Of a stretch of DNA of 48,431 nucleotides, positions 1-9,398 are shown piece after piece (the stretch's first letter is position 1; the number at the start of each line of letters is the position of its first letter). The position numbers and the translations under genes were made by a program. The notes under the pieces were generated by a model, which was not told the origin of the DNA, did no database searches, and saw nothing but the letters and a program-made list of their open reading frames with translations. The DNA is from an uncultured archaeon. GTDB taxonomy: Archaea > Asgardarchaeota > Thorarchaeia > Thorarchaeales > Thorarchaeaceae. The DNA lies in assembly GCA_964590575.1 (NCBI GenBank), contig CAZPWM010000016.1, forward strand, positions 1 to 48,431. The letters run 5' to 3'.

Positions 1-211
1 CGAGACCCGCGACAACCCATATTACTACTGGAATAGCAAGTGGATAGGCTTGAATGAAAGCTAAGATCGATGGGTCGGTGATGAAAGAGCCTAGGTCAAT
101 AAATTCGAAGGCAAGGAATAATCCAATTCCTGCAAATATGGTCGCTATAATTCCGAGAACAATGAAGATTATCGCGAACCACAATATTCTCTGCGCTGTA
201 TCAGTTCTCAT
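1..211 (-). CDS. Membrane protein, partial (runs off the left edge)
   Basis: Manual translation from ATG at 211: MRTDTAQRILWFAIIFIVLGIIATIFAGIGLFLAFEFIDLG...AYPLAIPVVIWVVAGL. Open to the edge, with hydrophobic helices. Not in the ORF track. Confidence 0.65.
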   Translation of the reverse strand, partial: MRTDTAQRILWFAIIFIVLGIIATIFAGIGLFLAFEFIDLGSFITDPSILAFIQAYPLAIPVVIWVVAGL

Positions 212-319
212 TTTTTTCACTTCTTTGATGGTTACACATTGTAACCAGCTTATTATAACCTACGACCTTTATCATAAGTGTTCCTGTAAATTTTCTTCGA
301 TTCACTCGGATGGTCTTAT

Positions 320-1276
320 CTAATTATGATCCATAGTCACGACGACGCATCCTCTCTTGCGGCCAGTTTCGACATATGTGTGAGCTTCAGGAATTTGTTC
401 AAATGAAAAAGTCTTATCGATGACTGATTTGAGTTTTCCAGCTTCCATGAGTTCCTTCAGGAACACAAGGTGTTCAATGTGGTCTTTGCTTTTTCCCACA
501 CCGCCAGAATCTTTGTCGACGTTGAGATAGATTCCTGTTTCTTTCAATGATACTTTTCTTTGTGAAGACGCCATCTTACCTACCGCGTCAAAAACAATAT
601 CATAAGTTTCACCACTTTGAGTGAAATCCTCTTGAGTGTAATCTATTACCTTATTGGCTCCGAGCTCTTTCACCAATTCCAAATTCATTGTACTGCATAC
701 ACCTGTGACCTCTGCTCCAAGGTGCTTCGCAATCTGAACCGCATAAGTTCCGACATTCCCAGAGGCTCCATAGATCAGTATTTTTTGTCCAGGTTGGATG
801 TTACCTTTTTTGAGAATTTTAGCGGCTGTAACTCCTCCTCCAAGAACTGGGACGGCTTGCTCGAAAGACATATTCTCAGGTATTGATGCAATCATACTGT
901 CCTCGGGCATGGATTTGTATTGGGCATAGCCTCCAAGACCATCCCAAAAGGTAGATGCGAATACTCGATCACCAACCTTGAATTTCGTTACATCAGAGCC
1001 TATGGATTCGATTTCACCTGCTACTTCCATTCCTAGTACGTCTTTCTTTGGCTTTGACCAACCTAAGAATAATCGCGCGGCAACCTTCTGACCTGAAGGA
1101 AGATCAAGACCTCGCATTTTGATATCCCCTACTGAAACCGTTGTCACGAAGATTCTGATCAAGACTTCATTGTCTCTAGGGGTTGGTTTTTCTCTTTCTC
1201 TGAGCTCAAGAACTTCTGGAGGTCCATATTTAGTGGTCACGATTGCGTTCATCTTGATAGCCATGTCTGAATTCAT
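320..1276 (-). CDS. NAD(P)-dependent medium-chain dehydrogenase/reductase (quinone oxidoreductase-like)
   Basis: YGPPEVL N-terminus, LGMEVAGEIESIG, ILIYGASGNVG Rossmann motif, LGANKVIDY. No catalytic Zn cysteines evident. Confidence 0.9.
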   Translation of the reverse strand: MNSDMAIKMNAIVTTKYGPPEVLELREREKPTPRDNEVLIRIFVTTVSVGDIKMRGLDLPSGQKVAARLFLGWSKPKKDVLGMEVAGEIESIGSDVTKFKVGDRVFASTFWDGLGGYAQYKSMPEDSMIASIPENMSFEQAVPVLGGGVTAAKILKKGNIQPGQKILIYGASGNVGTYAVQIAKHLGAEVTGVCSTMNLELVKELGANKVIDYTQEDFTQSGETYDIVFDAVGKMASSQRKVSLKETGIYLNVDKDSGGVGKSKDHIEHLVFLKELMEAGKLKSVIDKTFSFEQIPEAHTYVETGRKRGCVVVTMDHN

Positions 1277-1373
1277 TTTGTCTCTGTCCTCCGGTGAGCG
1301 TGTATAACCGCGAATTTTAGCCTAAGACGTGCTATCATAAGTGTTCCTGCTTGTTCCCCCGAATGGGAATCGT

Positions 1374-3083
1374 CTAGAAAAGCATCATTGGTTGACCAAA
1401 TGGATAGAAGCAAATGACCATCCACGCAAACAAGATGCAGTAGAAGACAGTCGATCCAAGAATATTCCGACCTGAATTCATGTAGACCCATGTCGTTAGT
1501 ACCTGTTGAAAGATTATGAATAGAGTCACAGCTGTCAAGGCCAAGGCAACGAAGGACAGAGATACAGATTGCCAGCCAATCATCATAACCGGAATGAATA
1601 CTAGGATATCAATGAGTATTGCAATGATTAGCATTGTGAAGTATTCTCTTAGTCTACCGGAATTTCTGAGGCGCTCCTGAATGAAACCACGAAGATAGAA
1701 CTCCCTTAGGAAAAAGAATGGAAACAAGAGAAATACGAGTGAGAGAATCACTCCGGTTTCTCTCATAGTGGGCATCGAGGCAACTATGCTCCAATCAAAC
1801 ACTGCGATTAATGCAATTACACTAACCATTCCTGCAATGATTCCATACACCAATGAAAGGTAGGGCGAAGTCGATACCATTTCCTCGATTCTTGCTATTA
1901 TACTCTGCAGTTGTAATTTTCTGCTTTTGTATGAAAAGAGGAGGGATACCACTACAACTCCAGTTGCAAGTCCAACAACTTGGCCTGCAAAGACAGAGTT
2001 GAACATAGTAATTGGTGCGACATCCACAAAGTAAGTAGAGAGAGGAATCAAGAGAATAAATCCAAGGAATGCTGCAAGCAAGTAACCTAAAATGGGTCTG
2101 AGGGGGAATTTATCATTCTCTACCAAAGCGCGAGGATGTACTTGAGCTCCTCTGAAGATGTAACTTCCCATATAGGACATGAATGAGAATAGGACGACGA
2201 GTAAACCAAAGAGTGACCCGATGAGCGTTATGATGAGGTACTGCGAAGTCAACTGAATATCCGTTGCTGGTGCTTCATTGAAAGCAGTCTCAAACCATTG
2301 AACTGCTTCATAGATAATTGCGGAATCAATGGGTTCTAAGAGATGCTCTGAGTTCGGGCTTATAGTAACCTTTGTCGCATTTCCGTTGTTAAAATCTCCA
2401 TATAGAGTACCAATCTCAACTTCGTCATATCCAGTGTAGGATCTTAGGAAACTTAGTCCTTCTTCTTGAGTTATCCCTTGGTCGTACAGGGCAAAAGTGG
2501 CAAGCAGGTTCGGTACGTTACTAATATTGCCACTAGAGGAGAACGTGGAAAGTGCTCCAATGGCTACTGTTGCATTGATTCTCGTGGGATTCTGCAGTGC
2601 AGTGAGCATCGAAGTGCCACCACCCATTGAGTGACCAGCAAGTCCTATTCTATCTACAAAACCCAGGTCTTCTAGGTATTCCACTCCAGCGAGCATATCG
2701 AGGACAAGCCCGTTGCTTCGTGCAAAATCGCTCAGATAACCATCTGAAGATCCATGGCCACGGAAGTCGATATTTACGACTACGAAACCTCGTTTCACAA
2801 GCTCAATTGACAATGGCTGCATGTACTGCTTGTTTTCACAGAACCCATGTCCAACTACTATACCTGGACAGTCACTCGAAGTGTCAAGTGGTGTGTATAC
2901 CAGTGCTTGAATGAGAGTCCCATCACTGGACTCAAGTGTATCATGCATGATTGTATAGGGGTGTTGAGGATCAGCATAGAATGTTAAGGAGTAAGTTGAG
3001 ACTACACCAAGAATTAAGACAATGGCACCAACAATTAGTGCCTTTGTTTTTCTACTGGATTTTATCAGCTGGAGTGCGTTCAT
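1374..3083 (-). CDS. Alpha/beta hydrolase fused to a multi-pass membrane domain
   Basis: N-terminal TM, VVGHGF, DFRGHGSS, GHSMGG nucleophile elbow; about 8 C-terminal TM helices. Confidence 0.85.
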   Translation of the reverse strand: MNALQLIKSSRKTKALIVGAIVLILGVVSTYSLTFYADPQHPYTIMHDTLESSDGTLIQALVYTPLDTSSDCPGIVVGHGFCENKQYMQPLSIELVKRGFVVVNIDFRGHGSSDGYLSDFARSNGLVLDMLAGVEYLEDLGFVDRIGLAGHSMGGGTSMLTALQNPTRINATVAIGALSTFSSSGNISNVPNLLATFALYDQGITQEEGLSFLRSYTGYDEVEIGTLYGDFNNGNATKVTISPNSEHLLEPIDSAIIYEAVQWFETAFNEAPATDIQLTSQYLIITLIGSLFGLLVVLFSFMSYMGSYIFRGAQVHPRALVENDKFPLRPILGYLLAAFLGFILLIPLSTYFVDVAPITMFNSVFAGQVVGLATGVVVVSLLFSYKSRKLQLQSIIARIEEMVSTSPYLSLVYGIIAGMVSVIALIAVFDWSIVASMPTMRETGVILSLVFLLFPFFFLREFYLRGFIQERLRNSGRLREYFTMLIIAILIDILVFIPVMMIGWQSVSLSFVALALTAVTLFIIFQQVLTTWVYMNSGRNILGSTVFYCILFAWMVICFYPFGQPMMLF

Positions 3084-3118
3084 AGTTCAACCCAAGCAAT
3101 TAACACAGCATTGGTTCC

Positions 3119-4606
3119 TTATGTTTCTTTTTGCGAATCTCTGTATAGTTTCTGGTAAACCTTGGATTTTTTTCCTTCTCTCTGGAGGCGAATGATGTAT
3201 TCCATTTCTTTCTGTAAGCGTATCTTACCTAATTCGGTCTTTTTAGCAATCCACTCTTTGCCATCTAACTTGTACCATTTCCAGAATGTGATTGCACTAA
3301 TTATGAAACATATTGCGGGAAATAGAGCGAACCCTAACTGTATTCCAAAGATTGCTGAATCTGATTGTACACTCTGGGTATTGTCAAACCCAAATCCACT
3401 AATGACCAGCAAGAATAGTGCGGTAGCTACTGATATTGCTGGTTTTGTAATCAGCGCATTCATGCCCGCATAGGTTGTTTCTCGTCTCTTTCCGGTCAAT
3501 ATCTCATCGTAATCGATTACATCAGACAATAACGGGGACCATATTAGTGTGACCGGGGCAAAACCTATTCCGATAACAACAAGACTGACCATCACTGCAA
3601 TCAACCAGTTACCCGATAGAAACAGCAGAATAAGACCCGCACTCGATAGTAGTAGTCCAATAATATAGACCTGTTTTAGACCTCGTTGTTTCACCATTCT
3701 ATCAGCAAGAAGACTAAACAACAGCATGAGGACAAAAATGACAATCAACGGTACAGATGCCAAAACCCCCTGTAACCTAACAACGTACTGTATGAAATAT
3801 ATCATGCAGCCAGTCACTACAGTAAATGCCATCTCGTGGAAGAAATTCATGGCTTCGAATGCAAGAAATTCCCTATTCTCGAGCGTCTTTACCATGGAAT
3901 CGATAAAGCCCAATGACTCTTCTGTCCTAGCATACTCGTTTTCTGTCAGGGCAAAACTCGAAGCGAATAGAACCGTCCCAGCAACTACTGAAACTAGTAC
4001 CATTACAGGCTGGAATAGAGGATTGAGCTCGGTTGATGTTTCATCCGTGAGCAGGATAAGCGGTAGCACCATCGCAAATAACGCACCAATTGAACCTAAA
4101 ATCACGTTGTATAGGCTGAGATTCGACCTTGCTTCTTGGGTGATGACCATTTCAGCTGGTAGCGCGGTTATGACTAATCCGACCATAGTGAACATAGAAT
4201 CGAATAAGAAGAGGACAAGTAGCAGATTCCAGAACAGAGATATTTGTGCGTTTCCCATAAAAGGGAACCAGCAGATGATAAAGGTAAGTGCATAAAATAG
4301 CGCACCATAACGCAAGACGGGGATGCGCCTGCCAATATCTGTATTGATCCTCTCTTGGAGGATGCCAAATAGAGGATCATTAATAGCATTCCAGAAGGCG
4401 AAAATTAGCCAAGCAAGAGAGATCCATTCTTCGCTTAGCCCTAGCTTGATATTAAAATAGAAAGTGATTGCGGAACCGAGAGCAATAACCTGGAGTAAAT
4501 TAATCGATGCTTGAGAAAGACCAAAGGCTATTTTTGACTTAACAGGTAAACGTTCATCGAAATCAACATTGAGGTCTTTTTTAGCGTCTTCGTCCATATC
4601 TGTCAT
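3119..4606 (-). CDS. MFS transporter, GPH/MelB-like family
   Basis: WNAINDPLFG...GRRIP and SDVIDYDEILTGKRRE motifs; about 12 TM helices. Confidence 0.9.
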   Translation of the reverse strand: MTDMDEDAKKDLNVDFDERLPVKSKIAFGLSQASINLLQVIALGSAITFYFNIKLGLSEEWISLAWLIFAFWNAINDPLFGILQERINTDIGRRIPVLRYGALFYALTFIICWFPFMGNAQISLFWNLLLVLFLFDSMFTMVGLVITALPAEMVITQEARSNLSLYNVILGSIGALFAMVLPLILLTDETSTELNPLFQPVMVLVSVVAGTVLFASSFALTENEYARTEESLGFIDSMVKTLENREFLAFEAMNFFHEMAFTVVTGCMIYFIQYVVRLQGVLASVPLIVIFVLMLLFSLLADRMVKQRGLKQVYIIGLLLSSAGLILLFLSGNWLIAVMVSLVVIGIGFAPVTLIWSPLLSDVIDYDEILTGKRRETTYAGMNALITKPAISVATALFLLVISGFGFDNTQSVQSDSAIFGIQLGFALFPAICFIISAITFWKWYKLDGKEWIAKKTELGKIRLQKEMEYIIRLQREGKKSKVYQKLYRDSQKET

Positions 4607-4779
4607 CTTGGATATTCTCTTAACCTACTATAGGAAACGTAAGATTATCGGAGATAAAAGTCAATTGAACTCCTATCGGAGTTTCTACATTTGGCATCAA
4701 TTTCGAGTATGGTCTATCTGGTTTCGTGTTGCAGCTCTGTTTCGCTAATCAATGAAAACTCGAGAATTCTTTCATAATT

Positions 4780-5211
4780 CTATATCCGTTTCTCGAGCAA
4801 CATCGCAACATCCTCAACAAACTTGGAGCAGTTCTTGAAGGCTCCTTTTTCGAAGGCTTTCTTCACATCTTCATCCGTTAGTAAATCATGGTTGATTAAT
4901 TCTCTACAGATAATTGACCCGTGAATTTTTACGAACTCATCTAGAAGATCTCTCGCTTCTTCATTGACTTTCGTAGAATCTGATCCACCGTATTTAAGTC
5001 CAAGTGACATCAATGCACCGTTTAAAGCTCCACAAATGTTTCCAGTATGAGCTACTCCACCACTGAATGCAGACGATATCTTCATGCATGTATCAAAGTC
5101 AACTTTTCCCTCACTCAGATACTCCCCAAAAGGGGCGAATATTGCTTGCGCACAGTGACCCTTTCTTTTATCCATGATTTCTTTTGCTTTATCAACGAGA
5201 TTTGATTGCAT
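4780..5211 (-). CDS. C_GCAxxG_C_C family putative redox protein
   Basis: HCAQAI, FSGG, ICGALNG, ICREL and NC motifs. Start placed at ATG 5211 (MQSNLV). Confidence 0.85.
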   Translation of the reverse strand: MQSNLVDKAKEIMDKRKGHCAQAIFAPFGEYLSEGKVDFDTCMKISSAFSGGVAHTGNICGALNGALMSLGLKYGGSDSTKVNEEARDLLDEFVKIHGSIICRELINHDLLTDEDVKKAFEKGAFKNCSKFVEDVAMLLEKRI

Positions 5212-5374
5212 AGCTTTTACCCAAGTTACTCCACATAAAAGAATGCTCCCTTGTAAAAATCTCAAACAATGGCAGACACTCAAGAATACATCCCTTTTAC
5301 CAACATCCTGCGTTGAAGTGTACAATTAAATCTCATTCTGAATGATTATTTTGGCATCAAGAAGGTGACCTTAT

Positions 5375-6319
5375 ATGAGGTGGAGAATGAGAGAGTTTCG
5401 CAGTCGAAAGATGCTAAGTGTATTTGTGCTGTCGATTCTGTATCTGATACTTTTTTCACCAGTACCATCCGTCGCTCAAGCCGAACATAGTGATCTGACT
5501 GGTGTCAAGGTTGCTATCTATAATGGAGCTGGTGTGATGTCTTCTAGTCGCATCGCTCTCACTATGATGTTTGAGTGGATGAATGCATCAGTTGCAGATG
5601 TTACAGCTGCTCAAATCATTGATGATACCCTTCATGACTATGACATTCTTGTTATTCCTGGTGGATCAGAAACCACTTGCAGCAGTGAACTTGATTCTGA
5701 AGGAAGAAAGAAGGTCAGGGATTTCATAGCGCAAGGTGGCTCGTACTTTGGGATCTGCGGTGGTGCGACCTTTGGAGCGACGTACTTACATTTAGCCAAT
5801 TGTATTATGAGTCCAGTGAATGAACCAGGTTCAATAATACACGTGACTACAATGAACCTTAACCAATCTTCTACTGGACCTGACCTCTCAGAACTCCCAG
5901 CGAATTTTACCACTATGTATTATGGATCTCAGTACTTTACTCCTCAATATGGAGCGTCCGTACATAAAATTGCGACTTACGATTATAATGACAAAGCCGG
6001 GATGATTGCGTGCAAATACGAGAACGGAACAGTCTTCCTCTCAAGCCCTCATCCTGAATATGAGGAAAATGGTGATAGAGATGGCACTGCATTTTATGAT
6101 TATCTCAATGATCCTGATTCGGAGTGGGACCTTCTCCTCAGGGTTTCAAAGTGGCTTATTGAAGCCTCCTATGTTGAACCAGTAGGTCCAACAACAACAC
6201 CCACTACCAACACCACTACAACCTTCACTCCTGATTTGCCTCTGGTTGCTATTGCTTCAACTGGAGGTGCTATAGTTGTATTGATAGTTGTTGCCCTTTA
6301 TCGGAGAATGCATAAATGA
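5375..6319 (+). CDS. Surface-anchored BPL-N / class I glutamine amidotransferase-like protein
   Basis: Signal peptide, VAIYNG, LVIPGG, YFGICGGA, SPHPE, Thr-rich linker, C-terminal TM followed by RRMHK. Confidence 0.8.
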   Translation: MRWRMREFRSRKMLSVFVLSILYLILFSPVPSVAQAEHSDLTGVKVAIYNGAGVMSSSRIALTMMFEWMNASVADVTAAQIIDDTLHDYDILVIPGGSETTCSSELDSEGRKKVRDFIAQGGSYFGICGGATFGATYLHLANCIMSPVNEPGSIIHVTTMNLNQSSTGPDLSELPANFTTMYYGSQYFTPQYGASVHKIATYDYNDKAGMIACKYENGTVFLSSPHPEYEENGDRDGTAFYDYLNDPDSEWDLLLRVSKWLIEASYVEPVGPTTTPTTNTTTTFTPDLPLVAIASTGGAIVVLIVVALYRRMHK

Positions 6320-6484
6320 AAGACTTAGTTTGATGGTCTTATTTAGTTCGGGATTGTTTCATTGCCGCAAAGGCATTTGGACTAATGGATAAGATAAAAT
6401 AGAATCTCAAGGAGCGGAGAAATGCATACTTCTGTAGTTAGTCATTTTTATAACAGCTAGAGTTTGTGTTTTCCCTGTGATACT

Positions 6485-6952
6485 ATGACCCATCTTGTTG
6501 TATACTTCTCAAGAACTGGCAATAATAGAACTATTGGAGAATCTATTGCAAAGGCACTCTCATGTGATATTGACGAGATTATTGACAAAAAGAATCGCAA
6601 AGGAAAGCTCGGCTGGCTCAAAGCAGGTCGTGACTCGATGGGTGGAAAACTGACTGAGATAGAGTTCCAGAAAAATCCTCAGGAATATGATACGATTATC
6701 ATTGGTGCTCCTATCTGGGCAGGGAATCCTATTCCACCGCTCCGAACATATCTGAACGAAGTTGATTTGAAGGGTAAACGTGTCGCATTCTTCATCTGTT
6801 CATCAACTGATGCATATATAGAGATGTTTCCTCAACTAGAAGCATTAACCCCTGATTCAGACCATATTGGTACATTTGGTATCACTGAAAAAAGATTCAA
6901 AGAAGAGGATTATATCACTGACTTAGAAGCATTTATTGCAAAAATAAAGTAG
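6485..6952 (+). CDS. Flavodoxin family protein
   Basis: VVYFSRTGNN FMN-binding loop, IIGAPIWAG, LKGKRVAFF. Confidence 0.9.
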   Translation: MTHLVVYFSRTGNNRTIGESIAKALSCDIDEIIDKKNRKGKLGWLKAGRDSMGGKLTEIEFQKNPQEYDTIIIGAPIWAGNPIPPLRTYLNEVDLKGKRVAFFICSSTDAYIEMFPQLEALTPDSDHIGTFGITEKRFKEEDYITDLEAFIAKIK

Positions 6953-6960
6953 TATTATGG

Positions 6961-7026
6961 AACACAACAACCACTACCATAACAACCGCAACCACATCCG
7001 GAAGCACAGACTGGTTGCCAAATTGA
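6961..7026 (+). pseudogene. Relic of a Thr-rich linker from a surface-anchored protein
   Basis: One frame reads NTTTTTITTATTSGSTDWLPN*, with no start. Resembles the pre-TM linker of 5375..6319. Confidence 0.4.
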
Positions 7027-7060
7027 TCGAAACTAAATATTCGTTGAAAATATTGGAGAA

Positions 7061-7247
7061 CATACTTAAATGATATGAACCTCCAAGCATAGGAAATGTC
7101 AACCACTCATCCTGACGGTTATCTTGCCACTCCCTCATCGAGCCCCGATACCCCGTTCTGGTACTGCATGCTTGGTGTCATAGCTGTGCTAGCAGTTGTT
7201 TACCTCTATCGAAGAATGCAATGATGATAGACTCTTTTGATGGTCTT
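7061..7247 (+). pseudogene. Chimeric relic: dienelactone hydrolase promoter/5' end joined to a BPL-N-type gene 3' end (42-aa ORF 7096..7224)
   Basis: 7061-7177 aligns with ~11594-11711 (CAT(A/G)CTTAAATGATATGA...ATGTCAACCACTCA...CATGCTTGGTG). 7179-7247 aligns with 6271-6340 (...TATCG(A/G)AGAATGCA...TTTGATGGTCTT). Confidence 0.8.
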
Positions 7248-7260
7248 TTGTAAAGTAAAG

Positions 7261-7286
7261 ATGCAGATTTTGCAGACATCCCTAAA
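7261..7286 (+). repeat. Short copy of the tRNA-Cys upstream repeat
   Basis: ATGCAGATTTTGCAGACATCCCTAAA vs ATGCCATATTTGCCGACATCCTTAAA at ~13247-13272. Confidence 0.5.
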
Positions 7287-7421
7287 TCCAGATTGAGTAA
7301 TATCTGAACTCCACGAATGTTCCAGGAAGAATAAATGCAAGAAAATGCGTTAGTGAACAAGTTTATGGTCACTGGGTTTCAGAATCGACTTAAGGCAGTA
7401 ACCACTCTTTGGGGAATCATC

Positions 7422-8399
7422 ATGAAATCTACAGATAGTACTACAATTCCAGAGATACGCGAGCTAAGGTCAGATGAATCCGATGAATTCGTGACACTCA
7501 TGGAGCTAGCTTTCAAGGACAGCATTGAGGAAGACCGGCTTGACGCAGATGAAGTACGGAAGGTAATGAAGAAGATACGCACGCCTGTCTACAAAGTTCT
7601 TACAAGAGCCATAGGAATGAGGATGGAGTTCTATGTTGCTGAAGTGGAAGACATCATTGCAAGTGGAATTCAATTGAATATTGAGAAGGATGAGGTCTAT
7701 GTGGGTAATCTCATGACACATCCAAAATACCAGCGGCAGGGACTTGCAAGAAAGTTGCTTCATCTAACTTTCAGACGAGCTCGTGAGTTAGATGTGAGGA
7801 AGGTGAGACTTGATGCAAGAGCTGACAATGTCAATGCAGTAAGTCTATACAGCTCGGAAGGTTTCGAGACAACATTTCACTCCGGTCGTTTTGAGTTGGA
7901 CTCTGTGATTGAGAGTACTAAGAGCACTTCTAATGATTTGATTGTCCGCGAAGTCAATAAAATTGCTGTCCCACATATTGACGCAATGCTGGATGATTGC
8001 TTTCCAGCGTCACATCTGGAAGCTAAGGGACGTGAAAAATTCCTCAAGGACTTTATTCCTTCAAGAGCCATACGTTTCTTTGCAGGAAGGCTTGGAGGAC
8101 AGTCAATCCACAACTATAAATTCTATGTGGAGGGAGAGGAGAACCCTCGTGGAATTATCCAAGCATCTCAATCAAGGATTGAACAACGAATTCGCCTTTC
8201 ATCACCGATTCTGTTAGAGAAGGACAACGATTTGCTGTTGGAATTCATCCCGAAGGTTCTCGAAATAGAAACTGGTTATAGCGGAGTAACGACTGCGTCC
8301 ATCAATAGTTCAATGCATCGAACTGATGCTATATCGAAAATTGAGAGCCTTGGTTTCAAGAAATTGCGTGAGAGCATATCTATGACTAAACGACTCTAG
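7422..8399 (+). CDS. GNAT family N-acetyltransferase
   Basis: VGNLMTHPKYQRQGLAR acetyl-CoA motif A and NVNAVSLYSSEGF. Start placed at ATG 7422. Confidence 0.85.
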   Translation: MKSTDSTTIPEIRELRSDESDEFVTLMELAFKDSIEEDRLDADEVRKVMKKIRTPVYKVLTRAIGMRMEFYVAEVEDIIASGIQLNIEKDEVYVGNLMTHPKYQRQGLARKLLHLTFRRARELDVRKVRLDARADNVNAVSLYSSEGFETTFHSGRFELDSVIESTKSTSNDLIVREVNKIAVPHIDAMLDDCFPASHLEAKGREKFLKDFIPSRAIRFFAGRLGGQSIHNYKFYVEGEENPRGIIQASQSRIEQRIRLSSPILLEKDNDLLLEFIPKVLEIETGYSGVTTASINSSMHRTDAISKIESLGFKKLRESISMTKRL

Positions 8400-8406
8400 G
8401 CTATGT

Positions 8407-8469
8407 TTTAGGTGCTGGGCTTACACATCATTCTGTCCATAATACATGCCATTTTTGTCGACATCCTTA
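8407..8469 (+). repeat. 63-bp copy of the tRNA-Cys upstream region
   Basis: Ungapped alignment with 13208-13270, 52/63 identical by manual count. Confidence 0.85.
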
Positions 8470-8518
8470 TATCGAGACTAAGGAATGTTCTCTCAACGGA
8501 GCTGGTTTAGCAGAGGAG

Positions 8519-9373
8519 TTGAAGGAGAATATGGATATTGATGTAGTGAAGCTTAGAGCAGAATATGATAAACCCCATCACCTAATTCAAACGTCAGATG
8601 ATAAAGTTCTGTTCTTACGTAGATGGGTGCCCTCAGTCCCATCAAAAACAGCAATTATCATCTTTCATGGAATTACTGCGTATAGTGGACCCTATGATTC
8701 GTTAGGAAGTCCACTCGCTGAGGCTGGATTTTCTGTGTATGGACTTGATCTACGTGGACATGGTCTTTCTGATGGAGCTAGGGGTGATTGCCCGAGCCAA
8801 ACTCGACTTGTGAATGACTTATGTGAAGCCATCGCCTTTGTCCTAAAACAAGGATTTGAAGGGGTTATTCTCTTAGGGAGTAGTCTAGGTAACCTCGTAG
8901 CATTTGAAGTTCTAGATAATTGCAGTGAGCATGTAACAGGCTTGATTCTACTGAGCCTCGGGAGGACAGCTAAACCTGACGCATACCCCAAAATGTCAAC
9001 TGGAGAGAAATTGAAGACTGTTGGGCAGATAATTTTCGCTAATACGCGTCCAGTCATTGAGTATAAACGGGAGGGAATGGAACGACCAGATGATCCATTG
9101 TTCAATTTCAGATATACGCCCCGTTTTCTGAGAATTCTCAATGCACAGAGATTCATGGATAAGTATCAGTTTCCAGAACAGTTCAAATTCCCAGTTCTCG
9201 TTGGTATTGGGGAACATGATGAGATTTTCTCAGTCGAAACAGCACGTGCCTTCTTTGACGAAGTTCCTAGTGAAAATAAGGAATTCCAGGTAATTCCTGA
9301 AGCAAAGCATGCTGAAACACACGCACTTTGCTCACCTCAGGTAATTGATTGGCTAAAGAAGAATTTCAATTGA
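8519..9373 (+). CDS. Alpha/beta hydrolase (lysophospholipase/monoglyceride lipase-like)
   Basis: IFHGI, DLRGHGLS, GSSLG elbow; Asp (EHDE) and His (AKHA) triad candidates. Confidence 0.85.
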   Translation: MKENMDIDVVKLRAEYDKPHHLIQTSDDKVLFLRRWVPSVPSKTAIIIFHGITAYSGPYDSLGSPLAEAGFSVYGLDLRGHGLSDGARGDCPSQTRLVNDLCEAIAFVLKQGFEGVILLGSSLGNLVAFEVLDNCSEHVTGLILLSLGRTAKPDAYPKMSTGEKLKTVGQIIFANTRPVIEYKREGMERPDDPLFNFRYTPRFLRILNAQRFMDKYQFPEQFKFPVLVGIGEHDEIFSVETARAFFDEVPSENKEFQVIPEAKHAETHALCSPQVIDWLKKNFN

Positions 9374-9398
9374 ACTGTTGGGTAGCAAGTGAGAGTTG

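Noticed and set aside
54-4389. Numerous short antisense or overlapping ORFs in the track (e.g. 54..323, 3726..4295, and similar ones throughout)
   Set aside because: They lie opposite or inside well-supported genes and have no motifs, so they are shadow ORFs.
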